Assembly (NCBI GenBank): GCA_040755695.1
Contig: JBFMAK010000001.1
Span: 384,637 to 448,636, forward strand
Direction: 5' to 3'
Source: Candidatus Iainarchaeum sp.
GTDB lineage: Archaea; Iainarchaeota; Iainarchaeia; Iainarchaeales; 1-14-0-10-31-34
Length of the DNA: 64,000 nt
Position numbers and translations under genes: made by a program. Positions within the stretch are counted from its first letter, which is position 1; every line of letters starts with the position of its first letter. This document shows positions 9,577-17,627 of the stretch, in pieces. Below the pieces are notes generated by a model that saw only the letters and a list, made by a program, of their open reading frames with translations, searched no databases and was not told the DNA's origin.

Positions 9577-9604
9577 GGAGGTATCGGAACCGCAAGGTTC
9601 TGAT
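9577..9604 (+). promoter_or_regulatory. Conserved 28-nt hairpin motif GGAGGTATCGGAACC-GCAA-GGTTCTGAT (copy 1 of 3)
   Basis: Palindrome GGAACC/GGTTCT with a GCAA loop, immediately upstream of tRNA-Ser. Near-identical copies at 17544 and 26338(-). Confidence 0.5.
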
Positions 9605-9606
9605 TT

Positions 9607-9776
9607 GCGGAGGTGGCGGAGTGGTCCAACGCACCAGCTTGGAGCCTGCCCCTTTTTCTTTTTAAAAAAAAGAAAAAGCGGCAAGTTGCCGGAAAAAGAA
9701 AAAGGTTTTGGTGGCCGGATAGCTGGCGAGCGCAAGCTCACGCGAGTTCGAATCTCGTCCTCCGCGTCCGCCCTTT
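9607..9776 (+). tRNA. tRNA-Ser(GGA), class II, with 76-nt intron (9645..9720)
   Basis: Acceptor GCGGAGG/CCTCCGC+G. Anticodon stem CCAGC...GCTGG. Loop TT-GGA-G|intron|A. Long variable arm CGAGCGCAAGCTCAC. T-arm GCGAG-TTCGAAT-CTCGT. The intron contains a palindrome plus mini-repeat copy. Confidence 0.6.
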
Positions 9777-9869
9777 TTCTTTCTTTCCAAAAGAAAGAAA
9801 AAGTGCAGGTTGCCCAAAAAGAAAGAAAGCGGCAAGTTGCCCAAAAGAAAAAAAATAAAGTTGCAGTTG

Positions 9870-10022
9870 GGGGGGGTAGTCTAGCTTGGTTAGGATTTCA
9901 GCTTGGGGTAAGCCCCTTTTCTTTTTTCCAAAAAGAAAAGGCCTTTGGGTTCAAAAGAAAAAACCTAAAAAAGGAAGGCTTCCAATATGCTGACGACCCG
10001 AGTTCGAATCTCGGCCCTCCCA
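9870..10022 (+). tRNA. tRNA-Pro(GGG) with 79-nt intron (9909..9987)
   Basis: Acceptor GGGGGGG/CCCTCCC+A (one G-U pair). D-arm GTCT-AGCTTGGTTA-GGAT. Anticodon stem TCAGC...GCTGA. Loop TT-GGG-G|intron|T. T-arm CCGAG-TTCGAAT-CTCGG. Intron ends pair as AAGCC/GGCTT. Confidence 0.6.
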
Positions 10023-10266
10023 CTCTGCCCCTTTCTTTCTTTTAAAAAAAGAAAGAAAGTGGTAAGTTGCCCCAAAGAAAGAAAAGAAAAGTGCAGGTTG
10101 CCCAAAAGAAAAATGGTGAAAGTTTACAGTCCATCCAAAAGAGAAAAAGCATAGGTTGCAATTTAATTCCAAAAGGAATTAAATGCACATTAAAACCGAA
10201 AGGTTTTAATCGTACCCCAAAGAAAGAAAATACAATTAAATATAAGTTTCAATTAAGGTTTTAATC

Positions 10267-11748
10267 ATGAAAGAAAAAGGCAGTGAAAAGGAAGAGAAGG
10301 TTACTTTCAATATTGACAAGGAAAAGAATTTCTCTGAGTGGTTCACTGAAATAATAAAGAGGGCTGAACTGGCTGACTTAAGGTATAACGTGAAAGGCTT
10401 TATTGTATTCCAGCCTTGGAGTGTTATTTCAATGGAATTAATGTATGCTGAATTGGAAAGGATTCTGAGAATGAAAGGCCATAAGCCTTACTGGTATCCT
10501 GCAGTAATACCTGAAAGCAATTTCAAATTAGAGAAAGAGCACGTTGAAGGATTTGCCCCTCAAGTTTTCTGGGTTACAGAGACAGGCGCAGGAGAAAAAT
10601 TGGAGGAAAGGCTTGCTTTAAGGCCTACTTCAGAAACTGCATTCTACCAAATGTTTGCTTTATGGATTAGGAGTTACAAAGACCTGCCTTTCAAGTCATA
10701 CCAGAGAGCCCAGGTCTTCAGGTACGAGACAAAAGCCACAAGGCCTTTCCTTAGGAGCAGGGAAATTTATTGGATTGAAAGCCATAATGCTTTTGCCTCA
10801 AGAGAGGATTCAATTAAACAAGTGAAAGAAGACATGCAGTCAACAAAGGAATTATTGTATGATTTCCTCTGTGTGCCATTCATTTTCTTTGAGAGGCCTC
10901 AGTGGGACAAGTTTGCAGGGGCAGAATCAACTTATGCTGCTGATTCCTTAATGCCTGACGGAAGGGTAGTGCAATTGCCTTCAACCCATTTGTTGGGGCA
11001 GAACTTCTCCAAGCCATTCAATATTACTTTCAAGGACGAGAAAGGTTCTGATCAGTACGTGTGGAATACGTGCTATGGGCCTGCTGTGAGCAGGATTTTT
11101 GCTGTAATGATGGCAATACACGGAGACAATAACGGCTTGGTTTTTCCTTTTACTGTTTCTCCAGTGCAGGTAATAATAATTCCAATTTTTGATGAAAAGA
11201 ATAAAGAAAAAGTTTTGGCTGAAGCAGAAAAGGGCAGGAAGGAATTGAGTGAATTGGATTTGAGGGCTGAAATAGATGCAGGAGAAGAAAGGCTGGGGGA
11301 CAAGCTTTACTTCTGGGAGATGAAAGGCATTCCCCTGAGAATTGAATTAGGGGAAAAGGAATTAAAGGGGAAGAAGGCCCTCTTGTTCAGGAGAGATACA
11401 AAAAAGAAGGAATTGGTTGCATTGAATGAATTGAAGAAAAAGATTCTGGCTGAAGGAAGGAATTTGAATGAAAGCCTTAGAAAGAAAGCAGAGAAATTCT
11501 TACAGGAATCAATTGTTGAAGCAAAAAGTATTGAAGAAGCAAAGAAACTTGTGCAGAAAGGAAAGATTGCAAGAGTGGAATTCTGCTCTATTGGGTTGGA
11601 TGCAGTTAAATGTGCTGAAGCAATAGAAAAGGAAGCGCAGGCCTCAGTTAGAGGGAAAAGAATTGACTTGGAAGAGAAAACCAAAGGCAATTGCATTGTG
11701 TGCGGCAAAAAGGCTTCTGTTATAGTGTACATTGCAAGGTCTTATTAA
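10267..11748 (+). CDS. proS: prolyl-tRNA synthetase, archaeal/eukaryotic type
   Basis: Class II aaRS motifs are present (FRYETKATRPFLRSREIYWIESH..., GxG motif 3). 493 aa with a C-terminal zinc-binding CxxC...CxxC. Lies directly downstream of two tRNA-Pro genes. Confidence 0.85.
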   Translation: MKEKGSEKEEKVTFNIDKEKNFSEWFTEIIKRAELADLRYNVKGFIVFQPWSVISMELMYAELERILRMKGHKPYWYPAVIPESNFKLEKEHVEGFAPQVFWVTETGAGEKLEERLALRPTSETAFYQMFALWIRSYKDLPFKSYQRAQVFRYETKATRPFLRSREIYWIESHNAFASREDSIKQVKEDMQSTKELLYDFLCVPFIFFERPQWDKFAGAESTYAADSLMPDGRVVQLPSTHLLGQNFSKPFNITFKDEKGSDQYVWNTCYGPAVSRIFAVMMAIHGDNNGLVFPFTVSPVQVIIIPIFDEKNKEKVLAEAEKGRKELSELDLRAEIDAGEERLGDKLYFWEMKGIPLRIELGEKELKGKKALLFRRDTKKKELVALNELKKKILAEGRNLNESLRKKAEKFLQESIVEAKSIEEAKKLVQKGKIARVEFCSIGLDAVKCAEAIEKEAQASVRGKRIDLEEKTKGNCIVCGKKASVIVYIARSY

Positions 11749-11837
11749 GCCAAAAAAGCTTTTTTTGGGATAAAATTAAATAAATCTTTCTCTAATTATG
11801 TTAGGAACCAAATTAATTTATTGTACGGTGCATTTTA

Positions 11838-13151
11838 ATGCCTGAAAAAGACGGCTTGGACCCATTGGTTAGAATGAAGAAGATGAACGCAATGTTCGGA
11901 GGCAAGGCAAAGCTTGCCGAGGTAAGAAAAAAATTAGGCCAGGACTATGAATTGATTGGCCCGAAAAAAACAATCAGGGAGCCAATTTCAGATGAAGAAG
12001 CAAAAAAGAAAATGGAGGAAGAATTAGGCGTAATAAAAGAAGAGGAAAAGAAAGAGCCATGGCAGGAGATAAATGAAATAAAAAAAGAATTAAAAAAACA
12101 GTTAACAGAAAAAGAAGAAAAGAAAGAAGAATTAGAAGAAGAAGTAAAACCAGAGGAATTGGAAGACAAAGGAATTGAATTTGATTTAAGGAAAGAATTA
12201 GAAAGCAAAAAAGCCCCTGCAGAAGAAGAAAAAGAATTAAGAGGCAAATTTGCATTCAAAAAGGAGTTCGCTCCAAAAGAAAAAGAGAAGCCTTTAACCT
12301 CCCAACAGCAGATGATTAAACCTTTTGAAATGGAGGCAAAGCAGAAAAAACCTGAGCCCTGGATTGAACTGGAAAAAGAAAAAAAGCCATTAATTGAAGA
12401 GAAACCGAAAAAGGCGTTCGCACTAGAAAAATTTGAAGTCAGAGAAGAACCAAAAAAAGAAGAGCAAAAAAGGCCTTTTGCAAAGCCCTCGCCTGACTGG
12501 CTGAAAGAGATAGACAAAAAGTTCTCTGAAACAGAAGAGCCAAAAGAATTAGTGTTCAACAGCATAATAACAGAGAAAGCTGAAAGCACGGGCCCCCCAA
12601 AAAAAGAGAAAATAGAAACAGAGGGAATAAGAATTGAGCCAATAAAAACAAAAAAACAGACAGAAGAAGAAAACATGCTCAAAGGATTTGTTTTTGGGGA
12701 AGAAGGGCAAATTCAGCCTGGCGCTGAATCAAGCAAAGAAGAATTGCTTGAAAAGCTTAAGGAAGGCATTGAAACAAAGAAACCTGAAGAAAAAATGCCT
12801 GTGGACAACATAATAAAATTGACAAAAATAATACCGAAAAATGTAGAAGAGGAATTCAGGGAGAAAGAGCCCGAAGAAAAAGAGGGTTCTGACTCATTAG
12901 GAAAACAGCTCGGGAGCATCACCAGCTTCTTTTCCTCAAACATAACCAAATCAATGGGAGGCAAGCCTATCAGCGGAGAAGAACTTGAAGGCCTCACAAA
13001 CGAAGAAAAAAAAGAGATAAAAAAGCTTGTTTCTACTTTGGGCCCTGCAACAAAAAAATACACTAAAGAAGAAATCTACGAATCAATGATCCTTGAAAAC
13101 AAATCAAAAAAGGTTGCAGAAAAAGTTATTTCAATATTATACCAGGAATGA
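11838..13151 (+). CDS. Lys/Glu-rich low-complexity protein (charged, probable coiled coil/disordered)
   Basis: 437 aa dominated by KE repeats. No recognisable enzymatic motif. The antisense ORF 11945..12682 is a shadow. Confidence 0.4.
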   Translation: MPEKDGLDPLVRMKKMNAMFGGKAKLAEVRKKLGQDYELIGPKKTIREPISDEEAKKKMEEELGVIKEEEKKEPWQEINEIKKELKKQLTEKEEKKEELEEEVKPEELEDKGIEFDLRKELESKKAPAEEEKELRGKFAFKKEFAPKEKEKPLTSQQQMIKPFEMEAKQKKPEPWIELEKEKKPLIEEKPKKAFALEKFEVREEPKKEEQKRPFAKPSPDWLKEIDKKFSETEEPKELVFNSIITEKAESTGPPKKEKIETEGIRIEPIKTKKQTEEENMLKGFVFGEEGQIQPGAESSKEELLEKLKEGIETKKPEEKMPVDNIIKLTKIIPKNVEEEFREKEPEEKEGSDSLGKQLGSITSFFSSNITKSMGGKPISGEELEGLTNEEKKEIKKLVSTLGPATKKYTKEEIYESMILENKSKKVAEKVISILYQE

Positions 13152-13161
13152 TTTCAGGCTT

Positions 13162-13635
13162 TCAGCTCACGCTTTGCGTTGTCCTGCCTTTTCTTGGAAG
13201 AAGCAATTCAAACAATGCTATCTTCCTTCCTTTTATTTTTTTTGTTTTTCCCCTGTTCTCAATGAATCCGTGCTTCCTGTAAAGTTTTATTGCATTCCTA
13301 TTAGAGCAGTAAACCGAAAGAAGCGCAATAGAAAAATTTTTTTTCTTAAGAAAATTTATTGAATGCCTCAAGAGTTTTGAGCCTATGCCTTTTCCCCTGA
13401 ATTTTTCTTTTACTGCAAAGCCGTCAATCCCTGCAGTTTCACCCCTTAATTTCAGGAAAATAAATCCTGCCAGAGCCCTGCCCTGCTTTGCAGCAAAAAC
13501 AATTGAATTCCCTTCCTTGAGTTTTTGCGTTATTTTCTCTTTTGGCTCTTTAATGTAATCAAATTCCTTTTTTATCATTGAAGAAATTTCGTTTAAGTAC
13601 TTTTCATTAGGCTTTAAGGTGATTGTAATCCTCAT
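13162..13635 (-). CDS. GNAT family N-acetyltransferase
   Basis: Acetyl-CoA binding motif RGKGIGSKLL. 157 aa. Confidence 0.65.
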   Translation of the reverse strand: MRITITLKPNEKYLNEISSMIKKEFDYIKEPKEKITQKLKEGNSIVFAAKQGRALAGFIFLKLRGETAGIDGFAVKEKFRGKGIGSKLLRHSINFLKKKNFSIALLSVYCSNRNAIKLYRKHGFIENRGKTKKIKGRKIALFELLLPRKGRTTQSVS

Positions 13636-14312
13636 TAAATCTCAGTCTCTTTGATGTAGGATTCAATTTCATTTAATGATACAGCGCAGCCCTTGTACTT
13701 CAAAGCGTAGAGTGATGCCTTAAGGGATTCAATTGAATTGCCTAATTCTTTCTCAAGAAGCCCTAAATCAAAGGCTTCAGCCATCAATTCAACGCTCCTC
13801 ACAATCCTCACTTGACCGCAGAATTCCTTTAATTCCTTGAGCTTTCCCTTATTCATTTTAATTGAAGCATTAAAATTGAGTGAAATGCTTTTCTTCAAAG
13901 AAAGAGGGTATTCAAGCATGGACCTTGCAGTCCTCTCATCTATGACCACAACAGAGGCATTGATTATTTTGTTTAATGCAAGGGCTTCTGCTTCACCGTA
14001 ATGAATGAGCTCAAGAGGCCTTCCGTCATGAAAGAAGCAGTTGTTTGCAATGCCTTCAATCCTTTGAGCGAATTCTCCGATTTTTTCATGCCTGAATACT
14101 TTAATCCAGCCATTCTCTAAGGCCTGCTTTATCCTTATTGCATTCAATTCAAATTTGTCAATCGAGAGAGGAACATTAACTGTCTCTCGTGCTATTGCCT
14201 CGCTGATGTAAAAATTCCCTATTGCTTTTTGTGATAATTCGCCTAACACCTTCATTAAGCAGTTCTCTGAAATTGAAATCAAGGCGCTTGAATCAAAAAC
14301 AAGGTCATTCAT
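13635..14312 (-). CDS. PIN-like domain protein with C-terminal extension
   Basis: N-terminus LVFDSSALISI and later GEAEALALNKIINASVVVIDERTAR resemble PIN-fold acidic residues. 225 aa. Confidence 0.35.
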   Translation of the reverse strand: MNDLVFDSSALISISENCLMKVLGELSQKAIGNFYISEAIARETVNVPLSIDKFELNAIRIKQALENGWIKVFRHEKIGEFAQRIEGIANNCFFHDGRPLELIHYGEAEALALNKIINASVVVIDERTARSMLEYPLSLKKSISLNFNASIKMNKGKLKELKEFCGQVRIVRSVELMAEAFDLGLLEKELGNSIESLKASLYALKYKGCAVSLNEIESYIKETEI

Positions 14313-14868
14313 CCCTGAACAATCCCCCCAGTAATTCTTTTCTTTCTTTTATGCCCAGCTGCTTTTCTTCTGCGTCATGAATTTTTGTTGCGCCGATATA
14401 TGAAAGGAGCTCCTTCTTGCTTGCGCCTGTCAAGTCAGCTGACTGGCTCAAGCTCAAGCCTAAAGCATAAGCCCTTGAAGCCTGCTTCACCTTTGCTTTC
14501 TCGAACACGTTCTGGATGAAGTTGCCGTACTCTTTGTCGACAGCAGAAACCTTTCTTGACAATTCATTCAATTCTTTTTTGAATGAATCAAAATCCTTTC
14601 TCTTCAGGCGCTCTATTGACTCATCCAATGAACCAATTATTTTTGATTTCACGTTCTCCCATTTAACTGAATCAATTATGTGCGGCTTTGAAAGAATTTT
14701 CTGCAGTGAATAAGCAATCAAGGACATTTCAGCCAGAACCTTGTCTGAGTGCAGTGCAGCCAATTCAATCAATTCATTGCTCTCATTCCTTAATCTAACC
14801 AATTCTTTTTTGCAGAAGCTGTCTTTTATTGACTTCATCCTGGAAATAAGGTCTTTAAGCATTTTCAT
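14305..14868 (-). CDS. hypothetical helical protein, translationally coupled to downstream PIN-like gene
   Basis: 187 aa. ATGAATGA overlap with the 13635..14312 gene. Confidence 0.35.
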   Translation of the reverse strand: MKMLKDLISRMKSIKDSFCKKELVRLRNESNELIELAALHSDKVLAEMSLIAYSLQKILSKPHIIDSVKWENVKSKIIGSLDESIERLKRKDFDSFKKELNELSRKVSAVDKEYGNFIQNVFEKAKVKQASRAYALGLSLSQSADLTGASKKELLSYIGATKIHDAEEKQLGIKERKELLGGLFRDE

Positions 14869-14948
14869 AAATTAAAAGCGCGAAAAGATTAAATAATTGT
14901 TATGGCCTAATAGTTTAAGCAAGCCAAATAAGGACTGGGTTGAATTAA

Positions 14949-15581
14949 ATGCCGGCAAAAACAAACTATCCGTTAACCATAATAATAATACTTGTATTTG
15001 CCGTAATTGTATTAGGGGCATTGTATATATTCCTCCCAAAAGAAACTCCAGTAAATAAAGAAAACGAATTCATTCACTCTGATTTAAATGAAGAGCCAGC
15101 ACTTGATATTAGTGACCCGAGAAATTATGACATCAACTACACTCCAGGCCTTCCAAGGATGTCCAAGCCATTGAACTTGATGTACACTGTCAGCAATTGC
15201 CGGGGGGAAATAAAAGACAATACTTTTGTCCAGACAGCTGAAACGCCTCCGCAAGAAGACTGGAATGCCCCAGCAAAAGTTGTAATTAAAGGGACAACAA
15301 TTGACATAAGCCATTACTGGTTTACACTCTGCAGGAATGAAAAGCCCATGGAAGGAAAAGACTTCAATGTCATTGCAGTATTTGAAGACGAAAGATTCTT
15401 TGTGGAAGAAAAAGAGGACTTGGATGTGGTAACACCCCTGTACAATTCAAATGGAGACCCCTGCTTCTGCCCGATAAAAATCCACGTAATCCTGAACGAT
15501 GTAATAAAAGGCACAAGGCTTCTTGATGTAAGGAACCCAGACATGTGGGCAGCCTTCTCCCAGGTAATAGAAGTGAAGTAG
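14949..15581 (+). CDS. hypothetical membrane-anchored/secreted protein
   Basis: N-terminal TM helix LTIIIILVFAVIVLGALYIF. 210 aa. Confidence 0.4.
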   Translation: MPAKTNYPLTIIIILVFAVIVLGALYIFLPKETPVNKENEFIHSDLNEEPALDISDPRNYDINYTPGLPRMSKPLNLMYTVSNCRGEIKDNTFVQTAETPPQEDWNAPAKVVIKGTTIDISHYWFTLCRNEKPMEGKDFNVIAVFEDERFFVEEKEDLDVVTPLYNSNGDPCFCPIKIHVILNDVIKGTRLLDVRNPDMWAAFSQVIEVK

Positions 15582-15589
15582 AAATCAAA

Positions 15590-16168
15590 TTAAAATTTTA
15601 AAAAACCTTTCCTTTTCATTAACAGGTAAGGGAAGCCTTTTTTGTCAATTTTTGAAATATCAATTTCAAGATTTCCAGCAAATTCAAAAAGTTTTTCTCT
15701 TGCTTTTTTCACATTTCCAAAATCTTTTATTGTTTCAATTTCTATAAAATTACCCAATTCCCTGACCTTGTCTAAAGCAATTTCAAATTCATTTTTGTAG
15801 AGGTAAACTTCTCTTTGTTTTTCGACTTTAACCAGTTTTTTTAAATCAAGGGCAGAAAAAATTTTTTTCAATTGATTCGGGTTACTGATTTCGGTTTCAA
15901 ATTCATCACAGTGAGTGCCAGAATCAGAATTTTTAGGGTAATACCAGTGTTTGTAATTTAGAATGGCCTTATTGCCTCTTTTTCTGATGCTCAGCCATTC
16001 AAAAGGATTTTTTGGTTTCACAAAATTTCTGTGGGAAGGAGTGAAATATTCATCTATTTGATGAGACTTTTTCACAAACTTTGCGGTTTTCTTCAATTTA
16101 TTTTTTATTTTAAAGAAAGTGTTTTTATTAATAGGAAATCTAATTTCAATTTCCACATTTTTTGCCAT
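15590..16168 (-). CDS. CYTH-domain protein (class IV adenylyl cyclase/thiamine-triphosphatase-like)
   Basis: Begins MAKNVEIEIRF (ExEIK/R motif). About 190 aa, consistent with CYTH. Paralogous to the truncated gene at 1..473. The listed ORF extends through the tRNA upstream, so the start was trimmed to the ATG at 16168. Confidence 0.5.
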   Translation of the reverse strand: MAKNVEIEIRFPINKNTFFKIKNKLKKTAKFVKKSHQIDEYFTPSHRNFVKPKNPFEWLSIRKRGNKAILNYKHWYYPKNSDSGTHCDEFETEISNPNQLKKIFSALDLKKLVKVEKQREVYLYKNEFEIALDKVRELGNFIEIETIKDFGNVKKAREKLFEFAGNLEIDISKIDKKGFPYLLMKRKGFLKF

Positions 16169-16171
16169 GAA

Positions 16172-16245
16172 TGGGGTTGCAGGGATTTGAACCCTGACAT
16201 CTTGGTCTGGAGCCAAGCGCGCTACCAGGTTAACGCCACAACCCC
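16172..16245 (-). tRNA. tRNA-Trp(CCA)
   Basis: Reverse complement is GGGGTTGTGGCG...CTTGG-CTCCAGA-CCAAG...GGGTTCAAATCCCTGCAACCCCA. 74 nt, no intron. Confidence 0.75.
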
Positions 16246-16273
16246 TTAAAATAAATCTTAAAAGAAATAGATT

Positions 16274-17338
16274 TTAAACCGATTTGAATTTTTTTAGTTT
16301 CTTCACTGGCCTTCTGAGCTCGCAGCAGTCAATGCCTTCCTTCATGGAGGCAAGAACGCCTACAGCCTCCCAGTAATTGTTTACAGGAATGACATTCCTG
16401 AATCCCATTTTCTCTGGCGTTGCCTTCATTACAGTCCTGTTCTCTTTCACTGCAATTAATGGAATCCCAAACTTCTGTGCTGCAAGGGCAGGAACGCCTC
16501 CCATGCAGGAATAAGGCAGCACAATAGCATTCAATTCATCTATTGTAATGTCTTCCTTAATGCATTCATGGCTTTTAATTAAATGAGGGGCATTGCTTAA
16601 TCCTTGAAGCACGCACCCAAGATATGCTGGGCCAATTGCTTCTGCTGCAGCCCTCGGGTCAACTACACCTGAATTCATTTCCTTCTTTATTTCTTTATGA
16701 GAAAGAAGGGGCGCATGAGCGCAGGGAATGCCAAACTCCTTTGAAATTAAATGAGATATAATTGCCTCTGTGCCACCGTAAGGGTTTGCTGACTTGCCTT
16801 TAAAGTAGGCGTTCAAGTCCTTGAAATCTATTTTTATTGCAAGGGAAATTGCAATTGCCTCTGCGCCTTTTTCAATCAAAGACCTGCAGGAATCAATCAA
16901 TGCCTCCTCATTATGGATTTCCCCCAAGAAAGCGCCTTCCCTTGTCTTGACTGCGCGCGCATCAACAACTTCATTTGTTATTTCATAGCCTATTACATTC
17001 ACTCCCTTTACAGTCCTTATTGCATCAATTGAATTCAATGCAAGGTCATAGCTTTCCTTTTCCATTCCTTTATCTAATACTACCCCCACCTTGTTTGAAT
17101 GCACTTTCCTTAATCCTATTTCTCCCCTGAAAAACTTGTCCAGAGAAAATCCTTCAACGTACAATACATTGCCTCGCGCTAAATCCATTGAGACAGCATT
17201 AACCACATTAGGATGGGCAATCAAGTAATCGCACACTGAAGCCATTGCATTTGTTGCAGGGGTTGCGTCACCCACATAGCCTCCAATGCTTGCCTTCACT
17301 CCTGTGGGCACAATGTGCGCTGCAATAAACTTCTCCAT
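16274..17338 (-). CDS. conserved hypothetical protein (DUF-type; N-terminal IVPTGVKASIGGYVGDA motif)
   Basis: 354-aa ORF with good coding character. I do not recognise the family with confidence. Confidence 0.45.
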   Translation of the reverse strand: MEKFIAAHIVPTGVKASIGGYVGDATPATNAMASVCDYLIAHPNVVNAVSMDLARGNVLYVEGFSLDKFFRGEIGLRKVHSNKVGVVLDKGMEKESYDLALNSIDAIRTVKGVNVIGYEITNEVVDARAVKTREGAFLGEIHNEEALIDSCRSLIEKGAEAIAISLAIKIDFKDLNAYFKGKSANPYGGTEAIISHLISKEFGIPCAHAPLLSHKEIKKEMNSGVVDPRAAAEAIGPAYLGCVLQGLSNAPHLIKSHECIKEDITIDELNAIVLPYSCMGGVPALAAQKFGIPLIAVKENRTVMKATPEKMGFRNVIPVNNYWEAVGVLASMKEGIDCCELRRPVKKLKKFKSV

Positions 17339-17343
17339 TCAAT

Positions 17344-17529
17344 TCACTTCCTTATGCTCGCATTAATTATTAGCTTCCTGCCTTTCTTTTCCTCTACAGC
17401 AAACCTTAATGTATCAATTCCTTTGGTCTCAAAATAAGAGTCAAGGAAATCCAGCAGCTCTTGAGGCTTTCCAGAATAATTCAATTGAATCCTCGCATTC
17501 TTTACTGTCATGCCAATAACATACAACAA
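17344..17529 (-). CDS. small hypothetical protein
   Basis: 61 aa, 5 nt upstream of the 16274..17338 gene. Confidence 0.3.
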   Translation of the reverse strand: MLYVIGMTVKNARIQLNYSGKPQELLDFLDSYFETKGIDTLRFAVEEKKGRKLIINASIRK

Positions 17530-17543
17530 AAAATTATTTAAAA

Positions 17544-17570
17544 GGAGGTATCGGAACCACAGGTTCTGAT
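17544..17570 (+). promoter_or_regulatory. Conserved hairpin motif GGAGGTATCGGAACC-ACA-GGTTCTGAT (copy 2 of 3)
   Basis: Lies in the divergent intergenic region between 17344..17529(-) and 17628..18941(+). Confidence 0.5.
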
Positions 17571-17627
17571 TTTTAGGATAGAAAAACAGAAAATATTAAA
17601 TTGAGTAATGGCGTTATTTAATGCAAT

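Larger units (their letters stand above)
9128..10135 (+). repeat. Array of AT-rich palindromes plus ~30-nt mini-repeats (consensus approx GYGSYARGTTGCCC(C)AAAAGAAAGAAAA), interspersed with tRNA genes and located inside their introns
   Basis: At least 10 copies are visible, for example at 9159, 9390, 9419, 9678, 9802, 9829, 10058, 10089 and 10119. Palindromes such as cttttctttttt-aga-aaaaaagaaaag precede them. There are no unique spacers, so this is not CRISPR. Confidence 0.7.

Noticed and set aside
9321-10022. Split or permuted tRNA genes as in Nanoarchaeum
   Set aside because: The 5' and 3' halves are contiguous and in normal order, with the insertion exactly at 37/38. These are intron-containing tRNAs, not split genes.
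9128-10135. Possible CRISPR array because of many short direct repeats
   Set aside because: The repeats are irregular in length and directly abut one another or AT palindromes without unique spacers. They also lie inside tRNA introns. No cas genes are nearby.
11838-13151. Periodic AAGAAAGAA-rich DNA considered as a tandem DNA repeat or satellite
   Set aside because: It is a long uninterrupted ORF encoding a K/E-rich protein. The periodicity reflects codon repetition (AAA/GAA), not a non-coding repeat.
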